Source of the DNA: the human T2T-CHM13v2.0 reference genome, Homo sapiens
Reading direction: 5' to 3' (one strand)
DNA length: 64,000 nt
NCBI RefSeq assembly: GCF_009914755.1
Contig: NC_060931.1
The notes under the pieces are model-generated. The model did not search any database. It was not told where the DNA came from and saw only the letters and a program-made list of their open reading frames with translations. This document shows, piece after piece, positions 1-16,995 of the stretch. The position numbers and the translations under genes are program-made. Numbering within the stretch: position 1 is the first letter of the stretch; each line of letters starts with the position of its first letter.

Positions 1-258
1 GGGTGGCCCACTCTTGTGATTGCCCCATTTCCTCTGGCAACAAAAGCCAGAGTGTTGTGGGCCAAGTCCCCCCACAGGGCCTCTGCAGGGCATGGCCCTG
101 ATTTCCCTGGTTTGAGACTCACTTCCTCATCTCCCTGTCCTCTGAGATAATATGAGTGAGCACTTAGGTATCATATCAGATGCTCAAGGCTGGCAGCTAC
201 CCCCTTCTTGAGAGTCCAAGAACCTGGAGCAGAAATAATTTTTATGTATTTTTGGATT

Positions 259-264
259 AATAAA
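259..264 (+). terminator. IRF5: IRF5 proximal poly(A) signal AATAAA (rs10954213-type A allele at 262)
   Basis: AATAAA with U-rich/UGUA upstream (245-248) and GU/U-rich downstream (CTGTTTCTTTCCTTTT). Confidence 0.85.
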
Positions 265-694
265 TGTTAAAAACAGACTCAGCTGTTTCTTTCCTTTTAC
301 TACTACCAGTTGCTCCCATGCTACTCCACCAGGCCCTGTTTCGGATGCCAACTGGCCCACTCCCCAAGCACTTGCCCCCAGCTTGCGACCATTGGCACTG
401 GGAGGGCCTGGCTTCTGGGCTGATGGGTCAGTTGGGCCTTCATAAACACTCACCTGGCTGGCTTTGCTTTCCAGGAGGAAGCTGGCTGAAGCAAGGGTGT
501 GGAATTTTAAATGTGTGCACAGTCTGGAAAACTGTCAGAATCAGTTTTCCCATAAAAGGGTGGGCTAGCATTGCAGCTGCATTTGGGACCATTCAAATCT
601 GTCACTCTCTTGTGTATATTCCTGTGCTATTAAATATATCAGGGCAGTGCATGTAAATCATCCTGATATATTTAATATATTTATTATATTGTCC

Positions 695-973
695 CCCGAG
701 GTGGGGACAGTGAGTGAGTTCTCTTAGTCCCCCCAGAGCTGGTTGTTAAAGAGCCTGGCACCTACCCGCTCTCACTTCATCTGTGTCATCTCTGCACACT
801 CCAGCCCACTTTCTGCCTTCAGCCATTGAGTGGAAGCTGCCCCAGGCCCTTACCAGGTGCAGATGCCCAATCTTGATGCCCAGCCATCAGAACTGTGAGC
901 CAAATAAACCTTTTTCTGTATAAATTACCCAGCCTCGGGTCTTCGTTTACAGCAACGCAAAATAGATTAAACC
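695..973 (+). mobile_element. MaLR (MST-family) LTR, 3' portion
   Basis: CCAGCC..CAGAACTGTGAGCCAAATAAACC..TATAAATTACCCAGCCTCGGG..AGCAACGCAAAATAGATTAA matches the MST LTR 3' end. Confidence 0.8.
903..908 (+). terminator. IRF5: IRF5 distal poly(A) signal AATAAA, LTR-derived
   Basis: AATAAA within the MaLR motif AGAACTGTGAGCCAAATAAACC. Confidence 0.75.
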
Positions 974-1136
974 CCCATAAATGTTCAAGGATACCTTGCC
1001 CCACAGCCTCGTCCACAGAATATATTGTCACTGTTTGGATTTTTGCCAACCTGACAGGTGAGATAGTATCTCAGTGCCACTTCTCATTATCAGCAAGGCT
1101 GAGTAGCTTTTCACATGGTTAAGTGGCCTGTACAGA

Positions 1137-1895
1137 TTTTTTTAAATAATTTTAGAATGGTTTTAGATTTATGGAAAAGTTCCTAATAGAGTTCCTATGG
1201 ACCCACACTTTCTCCAATTGTTAACATCTTACATTACTATGGCACACTTGTGACAATAATGAAACCATGTGGACAATTACTATGAACTCAACTTCTTTAT
1301 TTGGATTTCATGAGTTTTTCGGATATCCTTTTTCTGTTCCAGGATACTATCCAAGATATCACATTACATTCACTTGTCACATCTCCTTAGACTCCTCTGG
1401 TCTATGACAGTTTCTTAGACTTTTCTTGTTGTTGGTCTTGATGGTTTTGAGGAATACTGGCCATTTTTTAAAGCATGTCCCCCAGTTTGGGCTTATCTGA
1501 TGTATTTCTCATTTGTTTTTAGAGATAGGGTCTTTGTGTTGCCCAGGCTGGAGTGCCATGGTGCAACCTTGAACTCCTGGGCTCAGATGATCCTCCCACG
1601 TAGCTGGGACTACGGGTGCACACCACCACACCTGGCTTTTTTTTTTTGAGACCTGGTCTCAATATATTGCCCAGGCTGGTCTCAAACTCCTGGCCTCAAG
1701 TGATCTTCCCACCGTGGCCTCCCAAACAGCTGAGATTACAGGTGTGAACCACTGTGCCCCGCCTGTTTCTCATGGTTTTTGTATGGAAGACCACAGAGGT
1801 GAAGCATCATTCCCACTACATCATATCAAGGGTGCATACTATTAACCTGATTTATCACTGTTTCTGACTGAGGTAGTGATAGGTTCCTCTATCAT
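1137..1895 (-). mobile_element. Old L1 (L1MC-like) 3' end interrupted by an Alu
   Basis: TTTCTGTTCCAGGAT..CACATTACATT..CTCCTTAGACTCCTCTGG..GACCACAGAGGTGAAG motifs. Confidence 0.65.
1515..1763 (-). mobile_element. AluJ-like element, internally deleted
   Basis: Alu consensus blocks in reverse orientation. Confidence 0.85.
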
Positions 1896-2865
1896 AGTTA
1901 CTCTTCATCCTCCCTGATCTATATGTACACAGGTACCGTGGTTTTAGTATTATTCACCTGCATCCTCTTAAACTTCACCAACTAGAGTACAGTGATTACG
2001 TAGTGCTCCTTTTGTCTTAGTTTTCAATCATTTACAAAGGTGTGCACCTTTTTCTTCACAGGCCTGTGCAGTTCTACTCCCTCTTGCAATTGTCAATGTT
2101 TTGAGATTAGGAGAAGGGAGATGTCACATATCTGGTTTCCAGCTTCTTCCAAAAAACTGGCAAATATGAAAACACTGTCATACATTCCTCAAAGGCAATA
2201 ATCAGCTGGAACTCTGGATGGGGAATGTTCTCCCAGTTCAATACGGTCCTCTCCTGGCCTGCTTCCTTTCACTGCTCTCCGTGTCCCTAAGGGCATTTGA
2301 GTTTGCAACCCTTGATGAATGGTGGAGCAGGGAGACTGAGTGTAGATGAATTGGGGAAGCTTGGAAGGGCCAGGTGCCCCTCGCGACCACGAGTGGGCTG
2401 ACTTCCCCAGTACTGCTAGCAGTTGAGTAACTGCCAAAAATCTTCCCTGAATTTGTATTAATTGGTTTCCTAAAACTAAAATGAAAACAGCAATGAAAAC
2501 CTGGCTGTCACTTACAGATCTCTGTGTTGTAGTAGCCAGCTGTGGATGAACAGTATCCAGAAGTGACAGATGTAACAAACTCCAGAGGTAAAGGCAGGCC
2601 AGTGTGAGGTACAATTCACTGCTCCCAAGCCAGGCTAGGGCTCCCCTTGGTAATAGCTTTTGGCTGCTCTGGTGGCCTGTGCTGGAGCTTAAGTTGGAAC
2701 CCACAGGACCTTGATGCCCACATCCTGGGGATGAATGCATCCCTTTAGCCCCAGCAGTTTCTCTCCCTTCTTTCAAGCTCCTTGTCCCCACCAAGTTCAT
2801 CCTTATAACCAACTAAATATACCCTTTTTAAGACTCTCAGCTCTTTGACATAAAGAACCTACCCT

Positions 2866-3213
<348 letters not shown>

Positions 3214-4439
3214 TCAGTCTCTGTAGAGTAGAAGATATCAATGGCTTTTCCCATTTTTGCTGAAAGAGCATTCTTGGAAGGCAATGTTCTCATTTGCTGG
3301 TAATCTATCCCAAAGAATCAGGCACATCTTGTTGCAAAATCTTGAACCTTTAAGGTCTCTTGGTTTTGGCTTTCATCTTATGATTCACTTAAATCAGGGC
3401 CACACAAGGTAGACATTTAAATAAACTCATGAATGTTGATGCCATTCAAAAGCACAGTTTCCTTTATGTCTTAGGTGTGCATTCTCAGTTACTGTTCTTT
3501 ATAACAATTCCCTTCAGATACATAAGGATTACAAGTTACTGTGTTTTAGTACAGTCTTGCTGGAAATAGCCCCAATGCTGATGATCTGTGTTCCACATAA
3601 TCATGGCCAACATTTCATGGCTAATCCTATCACGGAACAGACAATTCTGTGGGGAGATGACTTAGGCAAGTTCAGGTGCAGTTAGCTGACCTGCCCACAT
3701 GGACGGGAGATACTCATCCTATTTCTACTAGACAATGCCATGCAGAAACACAGCATCTCCATTAGGTGAGCTGATCCTGAACAGTTCCTTTTTAAATTAA
3801 AATCTAGATGGGCATCCTTGCTCTGCCGAAAGTTTCAGAGCAGCCCTTTCAAATAATCTGTAAGGCTTAAGTAAGCAGTGAGGTTCTGACACCATTAACA
3901 ACACAGGGCTGTTTGCAAAGCTATAGCTTTAGATATGCATTCCACATGCTGTTTTTCAGTGGCTAAGGAGGGCTGCATTAAGTCTTCCACACATTTTTTT
4001 CAGTTCCCCACACAATTGCCTGTGAAAACAGCCAAATTCCTTAAACAGAGCAAAATCAACTGGTTATTTCAAGGACCTATGGTTGGACAAAACTTAAAGG
4101 TTTTATTATTTAGCCAGAACATGAGAGGGATGGCTGGGGTAATGTGCTGATCCCTGGAATCTGATATCACTCTATAAACACTCAAGTTTTTTTCTCTCCT
4201 TCTAATATTGCCTCTTTAGAGATTAAAACCCTGTGTACCACTGATGTTATGCTGGAAGATTTGTTTCACCAATTCCTATTGTTCTGTAGCTTGAGGATTT
4301 ATGCCCAGGAGTGAAAAAGTTAAAGTGACAGGCAAAGAAAAGGCAGAGAAGTGTCAGTATATCAACAACACTGCCAGATCTATCACATTAGAATACAGCT
4401 CTGCAGGTATTAGCTCAAAGCCCAATTGCCATAACAGAC

Positions 4440-4715
4440 TGTTATGATTCCATTTATTAAAAACTCAGGAAAATGCAAACTAATCTACAGTGATAGAAAA
4501 CAAACCAGTGGTTATGTGGAAATGGGGATGGATGGGAAGAGGGAGGAAAGAGGTATTACCTAGGGGTTCAAGGAAACTTTTGGAAATAAAGAGTATGTTC
4601 ACTACCCTGATTGTGATAACGGTTTCATGGATGTATCTTATGTCAAAGCTTATCAAAGTGTATACCTTAAACACATGCAAATTATGTTAATGATACTTCA
4701 ATAAAGTTTTTTTTT
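4440..4715 (+). mobile_element. Old L1 (L1MD/ME-like) 3' UTR fragment
   Basis: TATGATTCCATTTAT..GCAAACTAATCTACAGTGATAGAAA..CTTCAATAAAG. Confidence 0.75.
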
Positions 4716-5083
4716 TTAAAGACCAATAAATCTGCAGGTCAGGAAACTGTCTACTTGGGTGGCCATAGTAGAAAAACCGTACCACACTGTTTAACTGAAA
4801 GAGTAACCCAACTCCCTTTCCCACTGAGGCTACACAAAAGGGTAAAATGTAAGCGTGATGAGCTTTGGTGTGAATTAGGAGAATAAAAAGTGCAGAATGA
4901 ACCACTTCCCTGAAGTCTGAAGGGTCTGTGGCATCAGGGCAGGGGCCTGCCCTTTCAACTCCATCCCCAGATGTCTATCAGGTACCAAAGGCTGCTTCCA
5001 TAGCTAGTCTAGCTGAACCATTTCCGAGCTACAAGGCAGTGAATGAAAGTAAAAACAAAGAAACACTGGTTAAATTTTAAAAA

Positions 5084-5089
5084 TTTATT
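5084..5089 (-). terminator. TNPO3: TNPO3 distal poly(A) signal AATAAA
   Basis: AATAAA on -, UGUA ~40 nt upstream (5129-5132), downstream GTGTTTCTTTGTTTTT. Confidence 0.85.
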
Positions 5090-5793
5090 CTTTCTCTTTT
5101 GTTGCTGTTGATTTGTTCTTGAGATGGCTACAACACCAGACAGAACAGTGCCCTCATATCTGATGGCTGTGAAGGGCTGCACTCCTTTGAAACATTAAGA
5201 TCTGCTTTGGGCTTCCCTCTTCGGCCTCACCCTCCCCTTAAAATCAAGTCATTTCCACACTTTTTAGTAACATACTAAATGACACATCATCCCTTGTTAG
5301 CCCTGTAAACATTTTTTCTCCACACACCCTCCCTCTTTTTTTCTCTCATGTCTGTGGGTGAATAATTCACTAAGAAAAAAACCTTAAAAAACAAAAACTT
5401 ACACATTTATATCCTGCACTCCCCACCCACCCGCCCACCCCAGTTTTGGCTCTTCTCTCCAAGGCAGACAACAAACTGATGTGGATTGGAAGTGGACTGA
5501 GAGAATGAACGGGGTCAGGGTTCAGATATCCATAAATTCTGACCCTGGCAGGTCCTGAGCATCACCAATGTGACCACGATAGAAAGCAGAACAAGTTCCT
5601 TGCTTACTCCTCCTTGTCTAAACAACTCTAAAGGTGGGAAGAAACAGCTGGGGAAGGTAGAAGAAATTTCTACTCATTTGCATTTAAAAGGAGGGGAGAG
5701 AGAAAGAGAAGGAAGGGTAGGAGAGGAAAGAGAGGACAAAACAATAGAAAACCTGAACAAATGACCCTGACCCTCTTCTTCCAATTGCAGCTA

Positions 5794-5799
5794 TTTAAT
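5794..5799 (-). terminator. TNPO3: TNPO3 proximal poly(A) signal ATTAAA (candidate)
   Basis: ATTAAA on -, UGUA upstream (5873-5876), GU-rich TTTGTTCAGGTTTT downstream. Confidence 0.6.
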
Positions 5800-6714
5800 T
5801 CATGTGAATCCCCACATTATCCCTAAGTAAATATTTTGTTTCACAGAAAGCTTGTCCTTTTGTTTTTCTGTGTACACGTGCGCACTGGCGCTTGTGCGTG
5901 TATGTGTGTGTGCGTGCATGTGTCATTTGCTACCAGGTGAATGTTTCAGTTCTGGTTTCTGTTTAGTCTTCCTTTTTTTCCTTTTTTCTTTACTTAAAAT
6001 TATTTTTCCTTTTAGAAAGTTCACCAGGAAACCAGCTCCCCTCCCACCACGCCGGGCAGGCCACAGCCATCTTTTTAAAATCCGCGCTGATTTTCCCTCA
6101 CACCCCCAAACAGGAACTCCTCAGGATGGCCTCAGAAGGCTGGAGTCTCTCCCTGTCTGGCGGGACACCCTGGTGGCGGTGAAGGCCCCTCTGCCACAAC
6201 GGAGGTTTCTGATTGTGGGACACAGTCTGGTTTTTGTTTTCTTCCTGTCTTCTAATTAAAAAAGACATTCCTGACAAAAGAGATAAGACAGTCAATAACT
6301 GCACCAGAAAATAGAGCATTTAGTAAAATCAACCTTAAGGCAGAGGTTTCTATATTTCCTCAGGTACCTCATTCTGAAGTCTGCCAATAAGAACTCAGAA
6401 AAAATAAACAAATAAATAAAAGTCTGGCGTTTTAACTTGTGGGTTCAAGGGAGCTACTGCTTTAATGAGACACCGTCTGCAGTGTGCTTCCAATGCTGAG
6501 TGTGCTGTGGAAACAAGGGATGATGTGTCAGGAGGGCAAAGAGCCAGCAGGTCCAGGCCTCCCATTCCAAAGCAACCAGGGAAGCTTTGCCTCAGTCTGC
6601 TAAATCCCACAGGCTTCATGTCGATTTTATTTTGAAAGAAGGCTTTGCCTACTAATAACAGTTGAAAACAAAACAAAACAAAACACCAATTTAGATGCTA
6701 TCGAAAGGATACTG

Positions 6715-6955
6715 TATTAAGCGGAGTGGTTCAAAGTGAGGACTCTGGTACCAGAATATCTACATGTGAATTCTGGCTCCACGAATAACTGTCAGGCAAA
6801 TTGTTAAACATTGTTGAACCTCAATTTCCTCATTTGTAAAATGGGAAAAATAGTAACAAATCCAGAAAAGCAGATGAGGATTATCTTAGTTAATACATCT
6901 AAAACACTTAAAACAGTGCCCTGACACACAGTAAGGGCACAATAAAAGTTAACCA
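6715..6955 (+). mobile_element. MIR
   Basis: Core CCTCAATTTCCTCATTTGTAAAATGGG. Confidence 0.8.
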
Positions 6956-7392
6956 TGAACACCTACAGCTGTCCATGAGCAACCTTATGAGGTGTATCAA
7001 TGTCAGCTAACCCAGACACCATGCAAAACCAGGACATCCCAAATGATATTATTACTCATTAAAACAATCAAAGTTGAGAAATGATTTTGGGTGTGGCAAG
7101 GCACTGCTGAACATCACTTTTACCTATGAATGCATTTAACACAGAAACTACCAGTGAGTGCTACAGATTCATCAAGAATTGCCTCCTGGGAGAAGAAACT
7201 CACCTTGAGACATCAAAGGGTGGGCTTAGAGGAGAGCTACCTTTCTTCTCTCCATCAAGAAACTGGCACCCAAATTCTACTACCCACTCCTTTCAGCTAA
7301 GCTTCTTGCTTTGCTTCAGAACCAGGAGACGGAAAGCACGTGGAGAAAAGTGCTCATCGGGAGCCAAAGATGCTCCTCCTCTCCTGTAAGGG

Positions 7393-7612
7393 CCAAGCAT
7401 CCCTAACAGCTGAAACTTTTTGAACGCTGATATGACCCTCAAGCGAATGAGCATTGGAGCATTTTGGATTTTGGATTTTTGGATTAGGAATGCTCAACTG
7501 GTGTGCATTCTGCAAATATTCCAAAATCCCAAAAAATCCAAAATTGAAAAACACTTCTGAAAGTGTTTTTTCCTCCGAAATCCCAAGCATTTCGGATAAG
7601 GGATATTCAATT
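7393..7612 (-). mobile_element. Tigger4a/MER46-like DNA transposon
   Basis: CCCAAGCATTTCGGATAAGGGATATTCAA terminus; GGATTTT repeats. Confidence 0.8.
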
Positions 7613-8108
7613 CATACCTCCTGCCCTGGTCAAAACCTGGCACTTCAGCATTCAGGTCATAAAAGTGATAAGAATAAGCTCTTTGCTCATTACATCTGGA
7701 GGGTCAGTTTTAGGAGACTGGCACCACATATAACAGTCAACTTGAGGTTGTTTTCGCCAAAGTGGCCAGGTTAAAAATACTTATTTGTTTGTTGCCATGT
7801 ACACTTACCATCTTAGAAGTGTCTGTAAGGGGAAGGGGGAAGAAAATGTTTCAATGCACTGTGTAACAGTTACTTTCTTATGGAGGTGAAAATGGTACCC
7901 CAAAGACACTGACAATTACTGGCTGCCCAGGCCCAAGAAAATCCGGGCCCTGTATATTCCAGCTGTTCACCACAGTTAAACTGCTGAGTCCTTCCCTGAC
8001 TCTAGCTATAAGACTGGTCCCATGATAGGCATTAAAACCTATCCCCATTCCCAGGCATCCCCAACAGTCCGACAGTCCGGACAAAAGCTGGGAACTATGT
8101 ATCCTCAC

Positions 8109-8139
8109 CTGGGTGACAGGCACAGTGCAGGAGTGTGAG
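8109..8139 (-). other. TNPO3: TNPO3 exon 22 3' UTR portion (31 nt)
   Basis: Between TAG and donor CAG|GTGAGG. Confidence 0.9.
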
Positions 8140-8358
<219 letters not shown>

Positions 8359-8394
8359 TCAGGGCAAAAATTATTATATATGAGAAAAGTTATA

Positions 8395-8617
8395 AGCTTG
8401 GTGGTCTTCAAAGGGTGGACTCTGGACACAAACTGCCCGAGTTTGAATCTTGGCTCCACTGTGCCCTTGAACAAGTTACCAATCTTTGTCTCAGTTTCCT
8501 CATCTATTAATATTATCTACTTCATAACACTGTTTAGAGGATTAAAATCGTCCACATACAGAGTGCTTATGAAAATAGAGCAGTGAACAAAATAGTATTC
8601 AATAAATGTAGGCTGCT
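8395..8617 (+). mobile_element. MIR
   Basis: GTTTGAATCTTGGCTCCACT..TCTCAGTTTCCTCATCT..TCAATAAATGTAG. Confidence 0.8.
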
Positions 8618-8957
8618 ACAACAACACTTGGTTGTTACGGCTCTCATAAGTTTCCTCATTCTCTTCCAAAGATAGATTTTGTTTACAAAGGCCGGTCTAG
8701 CAACTAAGTCTCCACCAGTCATTGATTTTCTAGTTGAACAGGCTGCTCAGGATTTCCTCCTGTGGGAGGAGGAGGGAGAGAGGAAAGGGTTAAAGCATGT
8801 AGAAAGAGAGACAAAGCAGGAGATGCCTATGTGATATGAATAGCCCAATATTCAACTGACCCTGTTTTTTCAAAAGCCCCCCGACCTCCCTTTGTCCAAA
8901 ACTGTCACCAAGAAACCAGCTGATGCCAGCTTCATTCTACTGTATCTGTCTTCATAA

Positions 8958-9329
<372 letters not shown>

Positions 9330-9671
9330 AGGAAGCAATTCTTAATATGCTTGCCTTCCTGTAGCCCTCTCCCTGGCTCAACTAACTCAGATACCAGTGC
9401 CTACAGCCAAGGATTCAATGCAGATGAAAACACACTTTCCATCTCATAATGGTTAAACACCAGGGGAGGAAACTGCTCTAAGCGATCCAACAGAAAAGGT
9501 GAAAATAGAGCTATCCATTTAGGTTCCTACATCCAGATTTCCCCATCCATTGTAAGTTCTGAAACATCATTAAGAACCTTGACTTAGACTCCATGACTTG
9601 ATTCAACAGAACATTCTAGAAACTTTCTTCTAGTCTCTCCATCCTAAAAATGTAATGAAAATAAGGCAGGT

Positions 9672-9962
<291 letters not shown>

Positions 9963-10244
9963 TTAATAAGCTTCAATTTAAGTGTTACATTTCTCATTTT
10001 ACTTCCAAATTAATACTGACTGTTAAGGAGGCAGCCAGGGTATGTGAGCCCATATCACTCATGCTCCCAATGTCAGGAAGGAGGAAGATCTGTAACCCAA
10101 GAGAAGTTGCTATGTGGTGTGTTATCACAAGGGACTAGGATAACAGAAAACCCTGAAAGTTAGGACAGTGCTGGAGACCGAGATTTTTTTGCTATCCTAA
10201 TGTCTTACATGTTTTAAATTTTACCCTTCTTCAAGAGACTTCTG

Positions 10245-10381
10245 TTTTGTTTTGTTTTCAGAACAGATAGAAACAGGGTCTCATTGTGTTGCCCAGGCTG
10301 CTCGAACCTCTGGGCTCAAGCTATCGTCCTGCCTCAGCCTCCAAAGTGCTGTGATTACAGGCGTGAGTCACTGTGCCCAGC
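10245..10381 (-). mobile_element. Alu left monomer (FLAM-like)
   Basis: Single arm in reverse orientation. Confidence 0.8.
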
Positions 10382-10613
10382 AGAGACTTTGGAAATGATA
10401 ACTTCACAGCCTCCTTTGTGGCACATGAGAAAAAGTATTGAAACTGAAATGCAAGTGTGGGAGAACTTTAGTGCGATAGGGTGAAATGAGGGACAGGTGA
10501 CACTGTCAACTTGGCTTCTGCCCCAATCCTATCTGCAAGTGCTTTGGTGTCAAACACTTCAGCCAAATGTTTAACTGAAGTGTCCTTGGTGGGGAGCCCA
10601 TAGAAATGGATCA

Positions 10614-12441
<1,828 letters not shown>

Positions 12442-12971
12442 TATTTTCTGTCTCGGTCCTTCTGACGTTTGATATTTCTTAGCTTTCTATTTATTTACTT
12501 TTTTAACTGCCAGTATTTTTTAGATTCTGTTTTCTGGCTTCTAGTCCCCAAATTCCTATCCTTCCACCATATTTCTGAAAGCTTTTATGGTCACTATTTC
12601 TCGAGCCCCATAAGATTACTAGAGGAGTGCTGAGAAATGAGATCCTTTTGATCCGATGACCTGGTAGGTAACAGAAAATAATGAAACTCTGATGACTTGA
12701 CTAGGGATTCAACCCCTTACTGGCCTCTAATTCCAGTATCAATGCTTCCCATGTTCAACACCTTTTGGCTTTGAAGAGCCCCAGGCAAGTGACAAGTAGT
12801 CATAGAATAAACACCAAGATGGAGAAATGGAAATGATGGCAGGGTTTCTTCTAGTCCCAATTGGTCTTAGTTAATGATAGGTTCATCTGGCATTTGGAAA
12901 GCAAGAATGTTATTTTAGACTGAAACGTCCCAGCTTTCTTCAAGTTGACCAACTAAAAAAGCTAGGGAATT

Positions 12972-13277
<306 letters not shown>

Positions 13278-13999
13278 GCTAGGGAATTAATTACCAGTAC
13301 CATGTGAAAAGCAGGCTTGGACTTGCTGAAATGAAACTAAACCAGTTCACCCTCTCTGCCAGAATGGCAAACAAAGTAGCATGTTGAGGCAGGTGTTACG
13401 GACCTTAAAATCAAAAGGGAGACTGAGTCATGCATGGGACAGAAAGTTCAAGGGCTTTCTGTCTTGTCTACTACAGGCATTCTAGAGGAAGAGAATTACT
13501 AAGAGGGGATGAGCAATCTCAAGTCCTTTCTCTAGCACCTCTACATTAGCTCTTACTTCTGTTCATTTCCCACCACTATGTTACATATGTTACAGCCTGC
13601 TATAGGAAGAGCTGCAAAACTTGTTTAGCAATGGAAGATCAAGTAGGTCAGGTTGGTGGTGCACCTTATTTTCCCATATCACAGGACAAAGATAACAGGT
13701 TTTTTTTTTTCCCCCACAGCACTGCTTTACTTAGGTCTCTTTTCCTTGCCCCAAGATTTATCCTAAATTAGGAAAGGATATCTATGACCTTGATTTCAGA
13801 CTTACCATATTATTTTATCTGTCATATATTAGTCCCACTGAGGGAAAGAGGGCTTGACAAAGACTTATTCTACAATGTGTGGGATTCCAGAATGTGTGGG
13901 TGGCTGCCTTAGAGTCAACAGGAGACATGCCCCAGCTAGTTTTGCAAGTACATAATGACATTCTAGAAGTTTCTCCTCCAAGGAGAAAGGAGTTAACAT

Positions 14000-14170
14000 T
14001 CACTGATCACATACTATGTGCAAGATCTTCTTTAGATTTCCATTTGGTATCTCATAATAACCTTATGAGACTGGTAGTACTAACCCTATTTCACTTGATA
14101 AATAAACTGAAGTTCAAAGTAATACGGTATGTGGCAAGATTCAAACCAACATACTTGACTCCAAACCCCA
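14000..14170 (-). mobile_element. MIR
   Basis: CTCATAATAACCTTATGAG..AAACTGAAG..GATTCAAACC. Confidence 0.65.
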
Positions 14171-14929
14171 TCTTTGGAGGGTTTCCCCTAGGTTCCCATT
14201 TGCTTTAGGAAAATTAGAGCCAATACGATCCTGCCCTTATACTGTAACCAGCACTGAATGGAATAATGCAAAACAGAAGCAGAGAGAAGCAACTACTACA
14301 CTTCTTTCCCCTGAAACAGCTTGTAGACAGAATACTACTTCTACTGAGAAGATTCATAGTAAAAGCAATCAAAGAATTTTTAAGGTCACCCCAGTCAATA
14401 TATGCCTACCCAGTGGAGGGGAAATCCCCACTTCTGGCAAAATGTGTCATGAAGGGTCACATGCTATTTTTCAGTCATGCATGTCACTTGATCTATGGCT
14501 AAAAGTGAGTTATTTCTGGGGCATACTGGGCTTACTACTTAAGCCACTTAGTGAACTATAAAATAATAGCATTCCATGGTTTGGGATTTTAACATTAACA
14601 AAATTGCTGGAGACATTCCAGAAGATGAGAAAGTAAACTATTTTGGAAAGTGACATTAAGAAATCAATTCTGAGAAAAGACAACTAGCTCTTGTACCACT
14701 GCTTAAAGTTCATTTTCTTTCCCTTCTATATCTGATTTTACCCATAAAAGTGTAATTTATGCTCATAAAAAAGTGCACATAGTGCAGAAAGTTATGAAAC
14801 GAAAAGAAAAGCCTCCCTTCCCCTCCTAGTCTCACTTATATATCTTTCTGAAAACTTACTGTGCAGAAAGTAGCCTCTGTGTATGTGTATAATTTATAAT
14901 AAAACAGCTCTTTAAAGTACAAGTTGGTT

Positions 14930-16995
<2,066 letters not shown>

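Larger units (their letters stand above)
1..925 (+). other. IRF5: IRF5 last exon, 3' UTR (partial; no CDS in window)
   Basis: Recognised context TTTTTGGATTAATAAATGTTAAAAACAG; two AATAAA signals; convergent with TNPO3 as known for this locus. The end position is estimated ~15-20 nt after AATAAA at 903. Confidence 0.88.
5070..6270 (-). other. TNPO3: TNPO3 last exon 23 (3' UTR)
   Basis: Acceptor CTTATCTCTTTTGTCAG|GAATG at 6270; AATAAA at 5084-5089 (-); 3' end approximate. Confidence 0.9.

Noticed and set aside
264-656. 130-aa ORF in the IRF5 3' UTR
   Set aside because: Lies in the UTR and spans the proximal cleavage site; no homology recognised
2370-2392. CTCF-like GGTCGCGAGGGGCACC on - between the genes
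   Set aside because: Imperfect core match; cannot be called from sequence alone
2189-2812. 207-aa ORF on - in the IRF5-TNPO3 gap, the longest in the track
   Set aside because: Non-ATG start, no recognisable domain and no evident exon structure; compatible with chance
5005-5025. Approximate site of autoimmune GWAS SNP rs10488631
   Set aside because: I cannot place the exact base or allele reliably from memory
5852-6259. 135-aa antisense ORF over the TNPO3 3' UTR
   Set aside because: Low-complexity TG/T-rich sequence with a non-ATG start
10440-10449. IRF/ISRE-like GAAACTGAAA (and GAAATGAAACT near 13328)
   Set aside because: Short motifs common in AT-rich DNA; not supportable without ChIP data
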